Shown: positions 1 through 11,354 of the stretch, in pieces
Position numbering within the stretch: the first letter of the stretch is position 1
How the letters are laid out: every line of letters begins with the position of its first letter
Assembly (NCBI RefSeq): GCF_963921235.1
Contig: NC_086104.1
Location: 3,348,001 to 3,412,000 of the forward strand
From: Mobula hypostoma
Taxonomy: Eukaryota
Length of the DNA stretch: 64,000 nt
Direction of reading: 5' to 3'
Translations under genes and position numbers: made by a program
The notes under the pieces: generated by a model
Databases searched by the model: none
What the model saw: only the letters and a program-made list of their open reading frames with translations
Told to the model about the DNA's origin: nothing

Positions 1-625
1 TGAATGACAGGTGATGCTCAGCCTGGTGAAATAAATGAGAGGTCAGATGATACAGACCTCAGACACATGATCTGGACACTGAATGAGCATTGTTGTGCCC
101 GCAGGAAAAGTGGGTTTTGGAGGATTGATCAGGCGGATCGATTCCAACTTGCTATTCCATCGGTGAAGAAGGGGTTGATTGATGGGGAGTTGTCTATGTG
201 TCCACCCTCGCCTGGGTGATAGCTCCACCAAAGGAAAACTGGTCCCCCAGTTAAAGTCACAGTCGGTGATTTCAGAGGACGACGAGAAGATCGACTGCAT
301 CAGCTCACCTGAAGACTTAGCTCCCTCTCTCTCTCTCTCTCCATCACTACTCAACTAAATACCATGAACAGAACTGAACTGAACTTTACTCAATATCGTA
401 AGACTGTATTTTTTTATCCCTAGACTTAAAGAAGCTTGGTTTTTCATACATATATATTCCACACTTACTTTTATATATAATCATTGCTAACCTGTTTGAT
501 TTATCTACATTTATATTACTGTATTGCGTAGTTACTAATAAATATTAGTAGTTTATAGCAATACGAGACTCCAAAGTGGGTTCTATTTCTGCTGGTTCGT
601 TATTCCCGTCACGGGGTACGTGACA
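1..625 (+). mobile_element. LTR (Gypsy-type), 5' part cut by the window edge; solo or 3' LTR
   Basis: Roughly 90% similar by eye to the solo LTR at 18369-19283 and shares its end CCCGTCACGGGGTACGTGACA (ends ...CA at 625). No primer-binding site follows. Confidence 0.85.
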
Positions 626-629
626 GCCA

Positions 630-960
630 GGGTTGAAATGTCTATTACAAGAGGGTATGCATTGAAGGTGAGATGAGGTAGGTTCAAGGGGGATGTGAGG
701 GGTCAGTTTTTTACTCAGAGAGTGGTGGGTGTCTGGAATACTCTGCCTGATATAGTGGTAGAGGCAAATACATTACAAGATGTTTAGGTAGACACATGGA
801 TGTAAAGAAGATAGGGGGATATGGACAGTGTATAGGCAGGAGGGGTTAGTGCTTGCGTCTTGTTGATTTGCTCTGTGGCTGGTTCGGCACAACACGGTGA
901 GCTGAATGGACTGATCCTGTGCTGTACTATTCTATCTTCTAACTTTCCCACTACTGATTT
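630..960 (+). mobile_element. Decayed CR1 LINE 3' end
   Basis: Matches the 3' ends of other CR1 copies in the window (tttttactcagagagtggtgggtgtctggaat ... ctgtgctgtactattcta). Confidence 0.7.
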
Positions 961-1239
961 GAGGCTCAGCAGCCTCACTAATTCTTAGAGCCTTTCTTAA
1001 AAAGCAGAACAATGAGTAGCTCTCAGCCGTCCCTCATTCTGTTGACAAGACATGGAATGACCACATTTTGCAGGAGAGTTCTGCATCTTCTGAACACCAT
1101 GGCTGGTCAGCTGGACTGACAGAATCTTGTGCTCAGTCAAGCTAAGAGAAGAAATGAAGATCTGTCAACAACATTGAGTGTTACGTACAAGTTTTATAAC
1201 AGATATTGGATTCAGACTTTAATTATCTACATTGGAGAT

Positions 1240-1345
1240 ACATGACTGCAGATGCTGGAATGTCGAGCAACAAACGATCTGGGAGGAACTCAGTGGGTCG
1301 AGCAGCATCTGTGGAGGGTGGAGGGGAGACAGAATTGTTCTTGTT
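1240..1345 (-). mobile_element. Penelope-like element terminal fragment
   Basis: Reverse complement resembles the Penelope end seen at 7810-7893 (gatgctgc...tgagttcc...ccagcatctgcag). Confidence 0.55.
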
Positions 1346-2170
1346 CACAATTGTTGCTTCCCCACCAGTTGTTAGAAGATTGAGGAGATAATGATGAACC
1401 AACATGCTGGTGGAACTGGAGTCCTACAGAGACCAAGCTGGGTATGACCATAAGACCATAAGGCATAAGAGCAGGGAAAGGCCATTCAGCCCATCAAGTC
1501 TGCTCTGCTATTCAATCATGACTGACTCTTTTTATCCCCTCCTCAGCTCCACTCCCTGGACTCCACTGGACAGGGTGAGTGTGCTGTGGATAGTAGCAGA
1601 CTGCTGCATAACACTGAGTACAGAGATGCCCTGACATCAGTGTAAATGGCACCTGACAGTCATCCACTCAACCGAGCTTCAGGCCTTTGGTTTGAGGGGA
1701 ACTGCAGGCTTCAGACTGCAAAATTATACCATGTGGAAATAAGAGCGTGGTCAAGCAAGAGGAAAGCAAATGAGAAAATGGTGGCTTTGTGGTAAAATAG
1801 GGAAATAAAAAAAGGGGAAGACAGCTTTGCAGATATATACATAGTGATGACCTTCTGTGCAAGTCATGGACTCACAGTAAAGCACACTGTTATGGGACTG
1901 GCCATTCGGCCCATCTTGTCCATTCTGATAATTTTTGCCTATTTACACCAATCACTCTTGCATGCATTGAGCCCCTATCAGCACCTTTCCTATCCATGCA
2001 CCTGTCCAAATGTCTTAGATGTTGTAATTGCTCCTGCCCCGACCTCCTCCCATGGCATCTCAGTCAAGTACATATACACAACCAAATAAAACAATGTTCC
2101 TCTGGACCATGGTGCACCCACAAAACATATATCTCACACAGCACATAAATCAAATTATTACCATCAATAT

Positions 2171-5100
2171 TAGATTAGATTATGAGAACACTCAATCCTC
2201 TTTTATTGTCATTTAGAAATGCATACATGCATAAAGAAATGATACAATGTTTCTCCGGAGTGATATCACAGAAAACAGAACAGACCAAAGACTAACACTG
2301 ACAGAACCACATAATTATAACATATAGTTACAGCAGTGCAAAGCAATACCATAATTTGATGAAGAACAGACCATGGGCACGGTAAAAATAGTCTCAAAGT
2401 CCCGAGTCGATCGACTCCCGAGTCCCCGATAGCAGGCGGCAAATGGAAAAACTCCCTGCCATAAACCTCCAGGCACCGACAACTTGCTGATACCTCGGAA
2501 GCAGCCAACCACAGCCGACACTGAGTCCATCCGTCCGAAAACTCCGAGCTTCCGATCAGCCTCTCCGATACAGACTCCCGAGCGCCATCCTCTGCCGAGC
2601 GCCTTCGACTTTGTTCCGGCCGCTGAAACACACCAAGCTGAAGATTTCGGGGCCTTCAACTCCGGAGATTCTGGTTACCACACAGTAGCAGTGGCAGCGA
2701 AGCAGGCATAGAAACATAGAAAATAGGTGCAGGAGTAGGCCATTCGGCCCTTCAAGCCTGCACCGCCATTTATTATGATCATGGCTGATCATCCAACTCA
2801 GAACCCTGCACCAGCCTTCCCTCCATACTCCCCGATCCCTTTAGCCACAGGGGCCATATCTAACTCCCTCTTAAATATAGCCAATGAACTGGCCTCAACT
2901 GTTTCCTGTGGCAGAGAATTCCATAGACTCACCACTCTCTGTGTGAAGAAGTTTTTCCTAATCTCGGTCCTAAAAGGCTTCCCCTTTATCCTCAAACTGT
3001 GACCCCTTGTTCTGGACTTCCCCAACATCGGGAACAATCTTCCTGCATCTAGCCTGTCCAATCCCTTTAGGATTTTATACGTTTCAATCAGATCCCCCCT
3101 CGATCTTCTAAATTCCGAGTACAAGCCCAGTTCATCCAGTCTTTCTTCATATGAAAGTCCTGCCATCCCAGGAATTAAATCTGGTGAACCTTCTTTATAC
3201 TCCCTCTCTGGCAAGGATGTCTTTCCTCAGATTAGGGGACCAAAACTGCACACAATACTCCAGGTGTGGTCTCACCAAGGCCTTGTACAACTGCAGTAGT
3301 ACCTCCCTGCTCCTGTACTCGAATCCTCTCGCTATAAATGCCAGCATACCATTCGCCTTTTTCACCGCCTGCTGTACCTGCATGCCCACTTTCAATGACT
3401 GGTGTATAATGACACCCAGGTCTCGTTGCACCTCCCCTTTTCCTAATCGGCCACCATTCAGATAATAATCTGTTTTCCTATTTTTGCCACCAAAGTGGAT
3501 AACTTCACATTTATCCACATTAAATTGCATCTGCCATGAATTTGCCCACTCACCCAACCTATTCAATTCACCCTGCATCCTCTTAGCATCCTCCTCACAG
3601 CTAACACTACCGCCCAGCTTCGTGTCATCCGCAAACTTGGAGATGCTGCATTTAATTCCCTCATCCAAGTCATTAATATATATTGTAAACAACTGGGGTC
3701 CCAGCACTAAGCCTTGCGGTACCCCACTAGTCACTGCCTGCCATTCTGAAAAGGTCCCGTTTATTCCCACTCTTTGCTTCCTGTCTGCTAACCAATTCTC
3801 TATCCACATCAATACCTTACCCCCAATACCGTGTGCTTTAAGTTTGCACACTAATCTCCTGTGTGGGACCTTGTCAAAAGCCTTTTGAAAATCCAAATAT
3901 ACCACATCCACTGGTTCTCCCCTATCCACTCTACTAGTTACATCCTCAAAAAATTCTATGAGGTTCGTCAGACATGATTTTCTTTTCACAAATCCATGCT
4001 GACTTTGTCCGATGATTTCACCGCTTTCCAAATGTGCTGTTATCACATCTTTGATAACTGACTCCAGCAGTTTCCCCACCACCGACGTTAGGCTAACCAG
4101 TCTATAATTCCCTGGTTTCTCTCTCCCTCCTTTTTTAAAAAGTGGGGTTACATTAGCCACCTTCCAATCCTCAGGAACTAGTCCAGAATCTAACGAGTTT
4201 TGAAAGATTATCACTAATGCATCCACTATTTCTTGGGCTACTTCCTTAAGCACTCTGGGATGCAGACCATCTGGCCCTGGGGATTTATCTGCCTTTAATC
4301 CCTTCAATTTACCCAACACCACTTCCCTACTAACATGTATTTCGCTCAGTTCCTCCATCTCACTGGACCCTCTGTCCCCTACTATTTCTGGAAGATTATT
4401 TATGTCCTCCTTAGTGAAGACAGAACCAAAGTAATTATTCAATTGGTCTGCCATGTCCTTGCTCCCCATAATCAATTCACCTGTTTCTGTCTGTAGGGGA
4501 CCTAGATTTGTCTTTACCAGTCTTTTCCTTTTTACATATCTATAAAAACTTTTACAGTCAGTTTTTATGTTCCCTGCCAGTTTTCTCTCATAATCTTTTT
4601 TCCCCTTCCTAATTAAGCCCTTTGTCGTCCTCTGCTGAACTCTGAATTTCTCCCAGTCCTCAGGTGAGCCAGTTTTTCTGGCTAATTTGTATGCTTCTTC
4701 TTTGGAATTGATACTATCCCTAATTTCTCTTGTCAGCCACGGGTGCACTACCTTCCTTGATTTATTTCTTTGCCAAACTGGGATGAACAATTGTTGTAGT
4801 TCATCCATGCAATCTTTAAATGCTTGCCATTGCATATCCACCGTCAATCCTTTAAGTGTCATTTGTCAGTCTATTTTAGCTAATTCACGACTCATACCTT
4901 CAAAGTTACCCCTCTTTAAGTTCAGAACCTTAGTTTCTGAATTAACTATGTCACTCTCCACCTTAATGAAGAATTCCACCATATTATGGTCACTCTTACC
5001 CAAGGGGCCTCTCACGACAAGATTGCTAATTAACCCTTCCTCATTGCTCAAAACCCAGTCTGGAATAGCCTGCTCTCTAGTTGGTTCCTCGACATGTTGG

Positions 5101-6380
5101 TCCAAAAAACCATCCCGCATACATTCCAAGAAATCCTCTTCCTCAGCACCTTTACCAATTTGGTTCACCCAATCTACATGTAGATTGAAGTCACCCATTA
5201 TAACTGCTGTTCCTTTATTGCACACATTTCTAATTTCCTGTTTAATACCATCTCCGACCTCACTCCTACTGTTAGGTGGCCTGTACACAACTCCCACCAG
5301 CGTTTTCTGCCCCTTAGTGTTATGCAGCTCTACCCATATCGATTCCACATCTTCCCGGCTTATGTCCTTCCTTTCTATTGCGTTAATCTCATCTTTAACC
5401 AGCAACGCCACCCCACCTCCTTTGCTTTCCTGTCTATCCCTCCTGAATATTGAATAGCCCTGAACGTTGAGCTCCCATCCTTGGTCACCCTGGAGCCATG
5501 TCTCTGTGATCCCAACTATATCATAATCATTAATAACAATCCGCACTTTCAATTCATCCACCTTGTTACAAATGCTCCTTGCATTGACACACAAAGCCTT
5601 CAGGCGCTCTTTTACAACTCTCTTAGCCCTTATACAATTATGTTGAAAAGTGGCCCTTTTTGATGCTTGCCCTGGATTTGTTGGCCTGCCACTTTTACTT
5701 TTCACCTTACTACTTTTTGCTTCTACCCTCACTTTACACCCCTCTGTCTCTCTGCACTGGTTTCCATCCCCCTGTTGTGAACTAACCTCCTCTCGCCTAG
5801 CCTCTTTAATTTGATTCCCACCCCCCAACCATTCTAGTTTAAAGTCACCTCAGTAGCCCTCGCTAATCTCCCTGCCAGGATATTGGTCCCCCTAGGATTC
5901 AAGTGTAACCCGTCCTTTTTGTACAGGTCACGCCTGCGCCAAGAGGTCCCCATGATCCAAAAACTTGAATCCCTGCCTCCTGCTCCAATCCCTCAGCCAC
6001 GCATTTATCCTCCACCTCATCGCATTCCTACTCTCACTGTCGCGTGGCACAGGCAGTAATCCCGAGATTACTACCTTTGCAGTCCTTTTTCTCAACTCCC
6101 TTCCTAGCTCCCTATATTCTCCTTTCAGGACCTCTTCCCTTTCCCTACCTATGTCATTGGTACCTATATGTACCACAACTTCTGGCTCCTCACCCTCCCA
6201 CTTCAGGATATCTTGAACACGATCATGAGCATTTCAGAGGTTTTCCAGATGTTCCTCCGTGCTCTCATGTCTGTCTCCATCAAATCAGAATTGTGTATGG
6301 TCCCGACTTGAGATAACAGATAGCATCACCGAAGTGGCCATGCGTGCTGCCGTCGTGCCGCCATCTTCTCCCCCCTCCCG
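2171..6380 (-). mobile_element. Non-autonomous LINE-derived element (about 690 bp: 2171-2709 + 6229-6380), split by a CR1 insertion
   Basis: The 5' end carries AAGATGGCG (rc of 6359-6367). The 3' end has AATAAA and an (AATCT)n tail. The two halves rejoin across the GCAT target-site duplication, and a second copy of the 3' end lies at about 51600-51795 on +. Confidence 0.7.
2710..6228 (-). mobile_element. Young CR1 LINE, 5'-truncated in ORF1: SGNH esterase end of ORF1 plus ORF2 (APE endonuclease + RT)
   Basis: ORFs 5928-6176 (VHIGTNDIG esterase motif), 4866-5828 (NARS, ITETW, GDFN, SDH) and 3195-4862 (QHGF, YLDFQKAFDKV, PQG, FADD). Breaks are TGG>TGA at 4866-4868, CAA>TAA near 3195 and a 1-nt insertion near 3176. 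(TATGTTTC)n tail; GCAT TSD at 2706-2709 and 6229-6232. Confidence 0.97.
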
Positions 6381-7440
6381 GATGTATTGATGTATTATTA
6401 CATCAATAAAATTTAATTCAAAATGCATGTAGTGCATGGTGTGAGTTTCTGGGAAAAATGAAGAAGCTGCAGGATAGATGTACTCCAAAAACTAAAGAAA
6501 AACTCAAATGGCAAAATTGTACAACCATGGTTGACAGGTGAAATAAAAACTAATGTAAAAACAAAAGAGAGAGCAAAAATTACTGGGAAGATTGAGGATT
6601 GGGAAGCTTTTAAAAACCTGCAGAATACAACTAAAAATCCTTAAGAGGAAAAAGATGAAGTATGAAAGCAAGCTAGCAAACAATATCAACATGAATTGGA
6701 AAAGCTTTTTCAAGTATATAAAATATAAAAGAGAAATGAGAGTGGATATAGGACCGCTAGAAAATGAGGTCAGAGAAATAATAACAGGGGACAAGGAGAT
6801 GGCAGATGAACTAAATGAGTATTTTGCATCAGTCTTCACTATGGATGACACGAGCAGTGTACCAGATGTTGTAGTGTGTGAAGGAAGAGAAGTGGGTGCA
6901 GTTACTGTTACAAATGAGAAGGTGCACAAAAAGCTGAAAGATCTAAAGGTACATACGTCACCTGGACCAGATAAACTGCACCCTAGCGCACTGAGAAAGG
7001 TTGTGGTGGAGATTGTGGTGGTATTAGAAATCATTGCACACTGGTGTGGTTCCACTCTTAAGAAAGGGGGAAAAGAGCAGAAAGGAAATTATAGACCAGT
7101 TAGCCTGAACTCATTGATTGGGAAGATGTTAGAGTCAATTGTTAAGGGTGAAGTTATGGAGTTCTTACTGACACAGGACAAGATAGGACAAAGAAAGCAT
7201 GGTTTCCTTAAGGGAAAATCATGCCTGATGAACATGTTAGAATTCTTTGAGAAGACTTCAAGTAGGATGGATAAAGGGGATGCAGTGGATGTTGTATATT
7301 TGGACTTACAGAAGGCCTTTGACAAGGTGCCACACATGAGGCTGCACACCAAGTTAAGAGCCCGTGGTATTAGAGGAAAGTTACTGGCATGTTAAGAACG
7401 TTGGCTGATTGGTAGGATGCAGTGAGTAGGAATAAAATGA

Positions 7441-7893
7441 ACATCGACTTCTCTAACTTCCGCTAGGCCCCTCCTCCTCCTCATACCCCATCTGTTACTT
7501 ATTTTTATGCACACATTCTTTCTCTCACTCTCCTTTTTCTCCCTCTGTCCCTCTGGATATACCTCTTGCCCATCCTCTGGGTCCCCCCCCGCCTTGTCTT
7601 TCTTCCCGGATCTCCTGTCCCATGATCCTCTCGTATCCCCTTTTGCCAATTACCTGTCCAGCTCTTGGCTCCATCCCTCCCTCTCCTGTCTTCTCCTATC
7701 ATTTTGGATCTCCCCCTCCCCCTCCAACTTTCAAATCCCTTACTCACTCTTCCTTCAGTTAGTCCTGACGAAGGGTCTCGGCCCGAAACGTCCACTGTAC
7801 CTCTTCCTAGAGATGCTGCCTGGCCTGCTGCGTTCACCAGCAACTTTGATGTGTGTTGCTTGAATTTCCAGCATCTGCAGAATTCCTGTTGTT
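7441..7893 (+). mobile_element. 453-bp non-coding Penelope-derived insert with a 14-bp TSD
   Basis: TAGGAATAAAATGA is duplicated at 7427-7440 and 7894-7907. The insert resembles the non-coding 3' part of the GIY-YIG-bearing copy at 50645-51590. Confidence 0.85.
7759..7798 (+). ncRNA. Minimal type I hammerhead ribozyme motif (Penelope-associated)
   Basis: CTGACGA (7765-7771), extra A, stem II GGGT-CTCG-GCCC, then GAAACGTC (7785-7792) with the palindromic ACGT stem III known from Penelope hammerheads. The first stem I pair is mismatched. Confidence 0.7.
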
Positions 7894-8424
7894 TAGGAAT
7901 AAAATGATCCTTTTCTTGTTGGCTGGCAGTGACTAGTGGTGTTCCGCAGGGGTCGGTGTTGGGACCACTTCTTTTAATGCTGTATATCAATAATTTAAAT
8001 GACGGAATAGATGGCTTACTTGCCAGGTTTATGTTTTATATGAAGATTGGTGGAGGGCAGGTGCTATTGAGGAAACAGGTAGACTGCAGAAGAACTTAGA
8101 CAAATTAATACAATGGGTAAGAGAGTGGCAAATAAGATACAATATTAGGAGATGTTAGGTCATGCACTCTGCGCAGGCTATAAATGTGTAGATGATTTTC
8201 TAAACGGAGAGAAAATCCAAAAATCTGAGATGCAAAGGAACTTGGGAGTCTTAGTGCAGAACACTCTAAAGGTTAACTTGCAGTTTGAGTCTGTGGAGAG
8301 GAAGGCAAATACCATGTTAGCATTCATTTCAAGAGGTCTAGAATACAAGGACAGTGAAGTGATGCTGAGGATTTATAAGGCGCTGGTGAGGCCTCATCTT
8401 GAGAATTGTAAATACCTTTGGGGC

Positions 8425-9808
8425 TCCTCAACTACGGAAATAATCACAGCCAGTGGGATGAGTTACAGAGCAATAGAGGTGTGGTGCAGTTAAAACAGAA
8501 AGCAACAAATACTGGACTGAAACTGTTATATTTGAATGCACGCAGCATAAGAAATAAAATGAACAATCTTGAAACTCAGCTACAGACTGGCAAGTGTAAC
8601 GTTGTGGCCATCTCTGAAACTTGGCTGAAGGATGGTTGCCATTGGAAGTGGATGTCCAAGGATATACAGTGTATCGGAAAGATAGGTTAGTAGGCAGAGG
8701 GGATGGTTTGGCCCTGTGTATAAGAAATAATATTAAATCATTAGAAATGGATGACATAGGATCTAAAAGTGCAGAGTCTCTATCGGTTGAGTTAAGAAAT
8801 GGCAAGGGTAAAAGGAACCTAATGGCAGTTGTATACAGGCCTCCAAACAGCGGCCAGGATGTGGATTACAAATTACAGTAGCAGATAGAAAAGGCGTGTC
8901 AGAAAGGCAATGTCATGTTAATTGTTGGGGATTTTATCACGAAAGTGGATTGGGAAAACCAGGTCAGTACTGGACCTCAAGAGAGAGAACTTAATAGAAT
9001 GTCTAATGGATGGCTTTTTAGAACAGCTTGTTGCTGAGCCCTCTTGGGGATCAGCTGTGCTGGATTGGGTGTTGTGCAATGATCTGCTGGTGATAAGGGA
9101 GCTTAAGGTTAAGGAACCCTTATTAAACAGTGATCACAACATGATCGGGTTCACTTTGAAATTTGAGAAGGAGAAACTAAGTTCCAATTTGTCGGTAGGT
9201 TTCAGTGGAATAAAGGAAATTACAATGGCATGAGAGGGGAACTGGCCAAGGTTGACTGGAAGAGGACACTAGCAGGAAGAACAGCAGAGGAGCAATGGCT
9301 GGAGTTTCAGCGAAGAATGAGGGAAGTGCAAGACAGATATATTCCAAATAAGAAGAAATTTTCAAATGGAACAAGGACACTACTGTGGCTGACAAGTGAA
9401 GTCAGAGCCAGAGTAAAATCAAAAGAGAGGACATACAAGGAAGCCAAAGCTAGTGGGAAGATAGAGGATTGGGAAGCTTTTAAAAACTTGCAGAAGGAAA
9501 CTAAGAAGGTGATTAGGAAGGAAAAGATGGATTATGAAAGGAAGCTGGCGACTAATATCAAAGAAGATACTTAAAGTTTCTTCAAGTAAATAAAGGACCA
9601 ATACAAAATGATACTGGAGATGTTGTAACGAGAGATGCAGAGATGGCAGAGGAACAGGATGTGTATTTTGCATCAGTCTTCACATTGGAAGACATTTGCA
9701 GTAAACCAGACATTCAACAGTGTCAAGGAAGTGAACTATGTGCAGTGAAAAATATGACTGAGAAGGTGCTCAGGAAGCTTAATGATCTGAGAGTGGATAA
9801 ATCTCCTG
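8425..9808 (+). mobile_element. CR1 ORF2 5' part (endonuclease to pre-RT), decayed
   Basis: YLNARSIRNK, ISETW, YRPPNS, SDHNMI and RGELAKVDW peptides in the track ORFs. Ends at DKSPG. Confidence 0.9.
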
Positions 9809-9945
9809 GCTGATCCAATTCTTCTGGTCATCCCCACCCCTGTGCCTTCTTCCCATACCCTTTGATGCCCTGGCTAATCAAGAACCTATCTATCTCTGCC
9901 ATCAATGCCCCCAGTGACTTGGACTCCACAGCCGCTTGTGGCGAC

Positions 9946-10736
9946 CGTTATGAACCCATAGGTTTTGTTTACAGTGGACTGTCACTTTAAAAGAGCACTT
10001 CAGTGAGGCAGGACTATGAGGTTGTTCACTGACTAACTTGCAGCTTGTTTACCTTTAAAACAAGGACAGACAGTCACAGTCAGAAGAGAGAGAGAAGAGC
10101 GAACCTGGAAAAGAGTAGCAGCTCCAGCTTGTCAAAGCTGGGGATTTGGAACTCTGCTGCACCCACAAGGGCGGGTTGATCATCGATCCAGTGCACATCG
10201 AATGTGTGGCTGTCACTCCATATAATCCATAGGAGTGGATTAAGGAATGTCCTGTGGGACCACTCGAAGTTAACCCTTGCCTGGGTATGTTATGTGGTAA
10301 CCCCTTGAAGGCGACATCCCTGTGACAGCTCACTCTGGTGGTAATTTGTATGTGGATTTGGAACGGCTCGATGGAGGATCTTCAACAACTGATATTTATT
10401 AATCACCATTGTGAAACCTGTGGAATTCGACGTAACTGCCTTCTCTCTACATTTACCCTGGATTACAAAAATCTCTCTTTTACCATTTATTCTGTGGATG
10501 AACTGAACTTTCCTACTTTACCATCTCAAGACTTTAAGCCTTGTTCCCCCGAGCTCAATAGTTTGGGAGTTATATTTACACAGACAAACACATAACACTG
10601 TTAACTTTTGTTTATCTTGTTTAAGTTGCTATATTATAAGTAGATACTAATAAATAGTGGTTTTAACATCAAAACCAGTCTCCAGTGTGAACTCTATTGC
10701 TGTTGGTTTGTTTCTAAAATGTTACAGTTCGTAACA
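9946..10736 (+). repeat. 5' LTR of the Gmr1-like element
   Basis: Runs (C)GTTA...TAACA. The last ~60 bp recur at 19720-19780, and a PBS follows. Confidence 0.85.
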
Positions 10737-10740
10737 AAAT

Positions 10741-10759
10741 TGGGGCCCGCGTCCAGGAT
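10741..10759 (+). promoter_or_regulatory. Degenerate tRNA-Pro primer-binding site
   Basis: TGGGGCCCGCGTCCAGGAT compared with canonical PBS-Pro TGGGGGCTCGTCCGGGAT, 4 nt after the LTR end. Confidence 0.75.
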
Positions 10760-11354
10760 ATGAACAAATTTGGGGGCTTATTGATTGATTAATTTTCGAT
10801 TTGATTGGGGAATTCCTTTTTGATTTACTTGTATGTGGAAATCAGCAGTAATGGATATTGAGGTATTTCTGGAAGTGCCAGACCCTGGGAGATTAGGGGA
10901 CGCCAGAAAAGATGAATTGTTGGCTATTGCAAAAATGCTGAGACTTGTTTTGATAAAACGGTCTATGAGAAAGCCAGAGATTCAGAGGAAGGTAGCTGAG
11001 TACTATATTCCTTTGAGGAAATTTGATGCTGAGGTATTAGAACTGTTGCCTGAAAGTAAGCCAGTTGCCCCCTGAGCTCCAGTTATGGCTGGACCAATTA
11101 AGGTTCGACCGAGAGAGACTTAGATTAGAAGCTGCGGAAAAAGACAAACAGAGGGAAGAAGGAAAAAAAGGCATTTTGAAGCTGAGGAGGCAGGAGAACA
11201 AAGGAGGTTTGACTTAGAGAAGTTAGATAAGCTCGAGCAAAGGGGTCTAGTTTTTGACGCTGCTGAGAAGTTTGTGGCCAGTCGGGAAGTTAAATTGGTC
11301 CCTCCATTTAATGAAGCTGAGGTTGATAAATACCTCCAGCATTATGAGAAGGTG

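Larger units (their letters stand above)
6500..8420 (+). mobile_element. Decayed CR1 ORF2 fragment interrupted by a Penelope insert
   Basis: ORF 6592-7395 has GNYRPVSL and YLDLQKAFDKVPH. The RT continues after 7894 (gtggtgttccgcaggggtcgg). Confidence 0.9.

Noticed and set aside
960-2170. Possible exons or enhancer of a neighbouring gene in semi-unique sequence
   Set aside because: The candidate acceptor near 1070 leads to stops in all frames. Scattered TGTGGT/GAGGAA motifs are too short to support a call.
3151-5457. Long ORFs antisense to CR1 ORF2 (e.g. 3484-3888, 4687-5457, and equivalents at 24503-26482 and 38171-39018)
   Set aside because: They recur at the same position in every CR1 copy and are shadow frames of the RT/EN coding strand.
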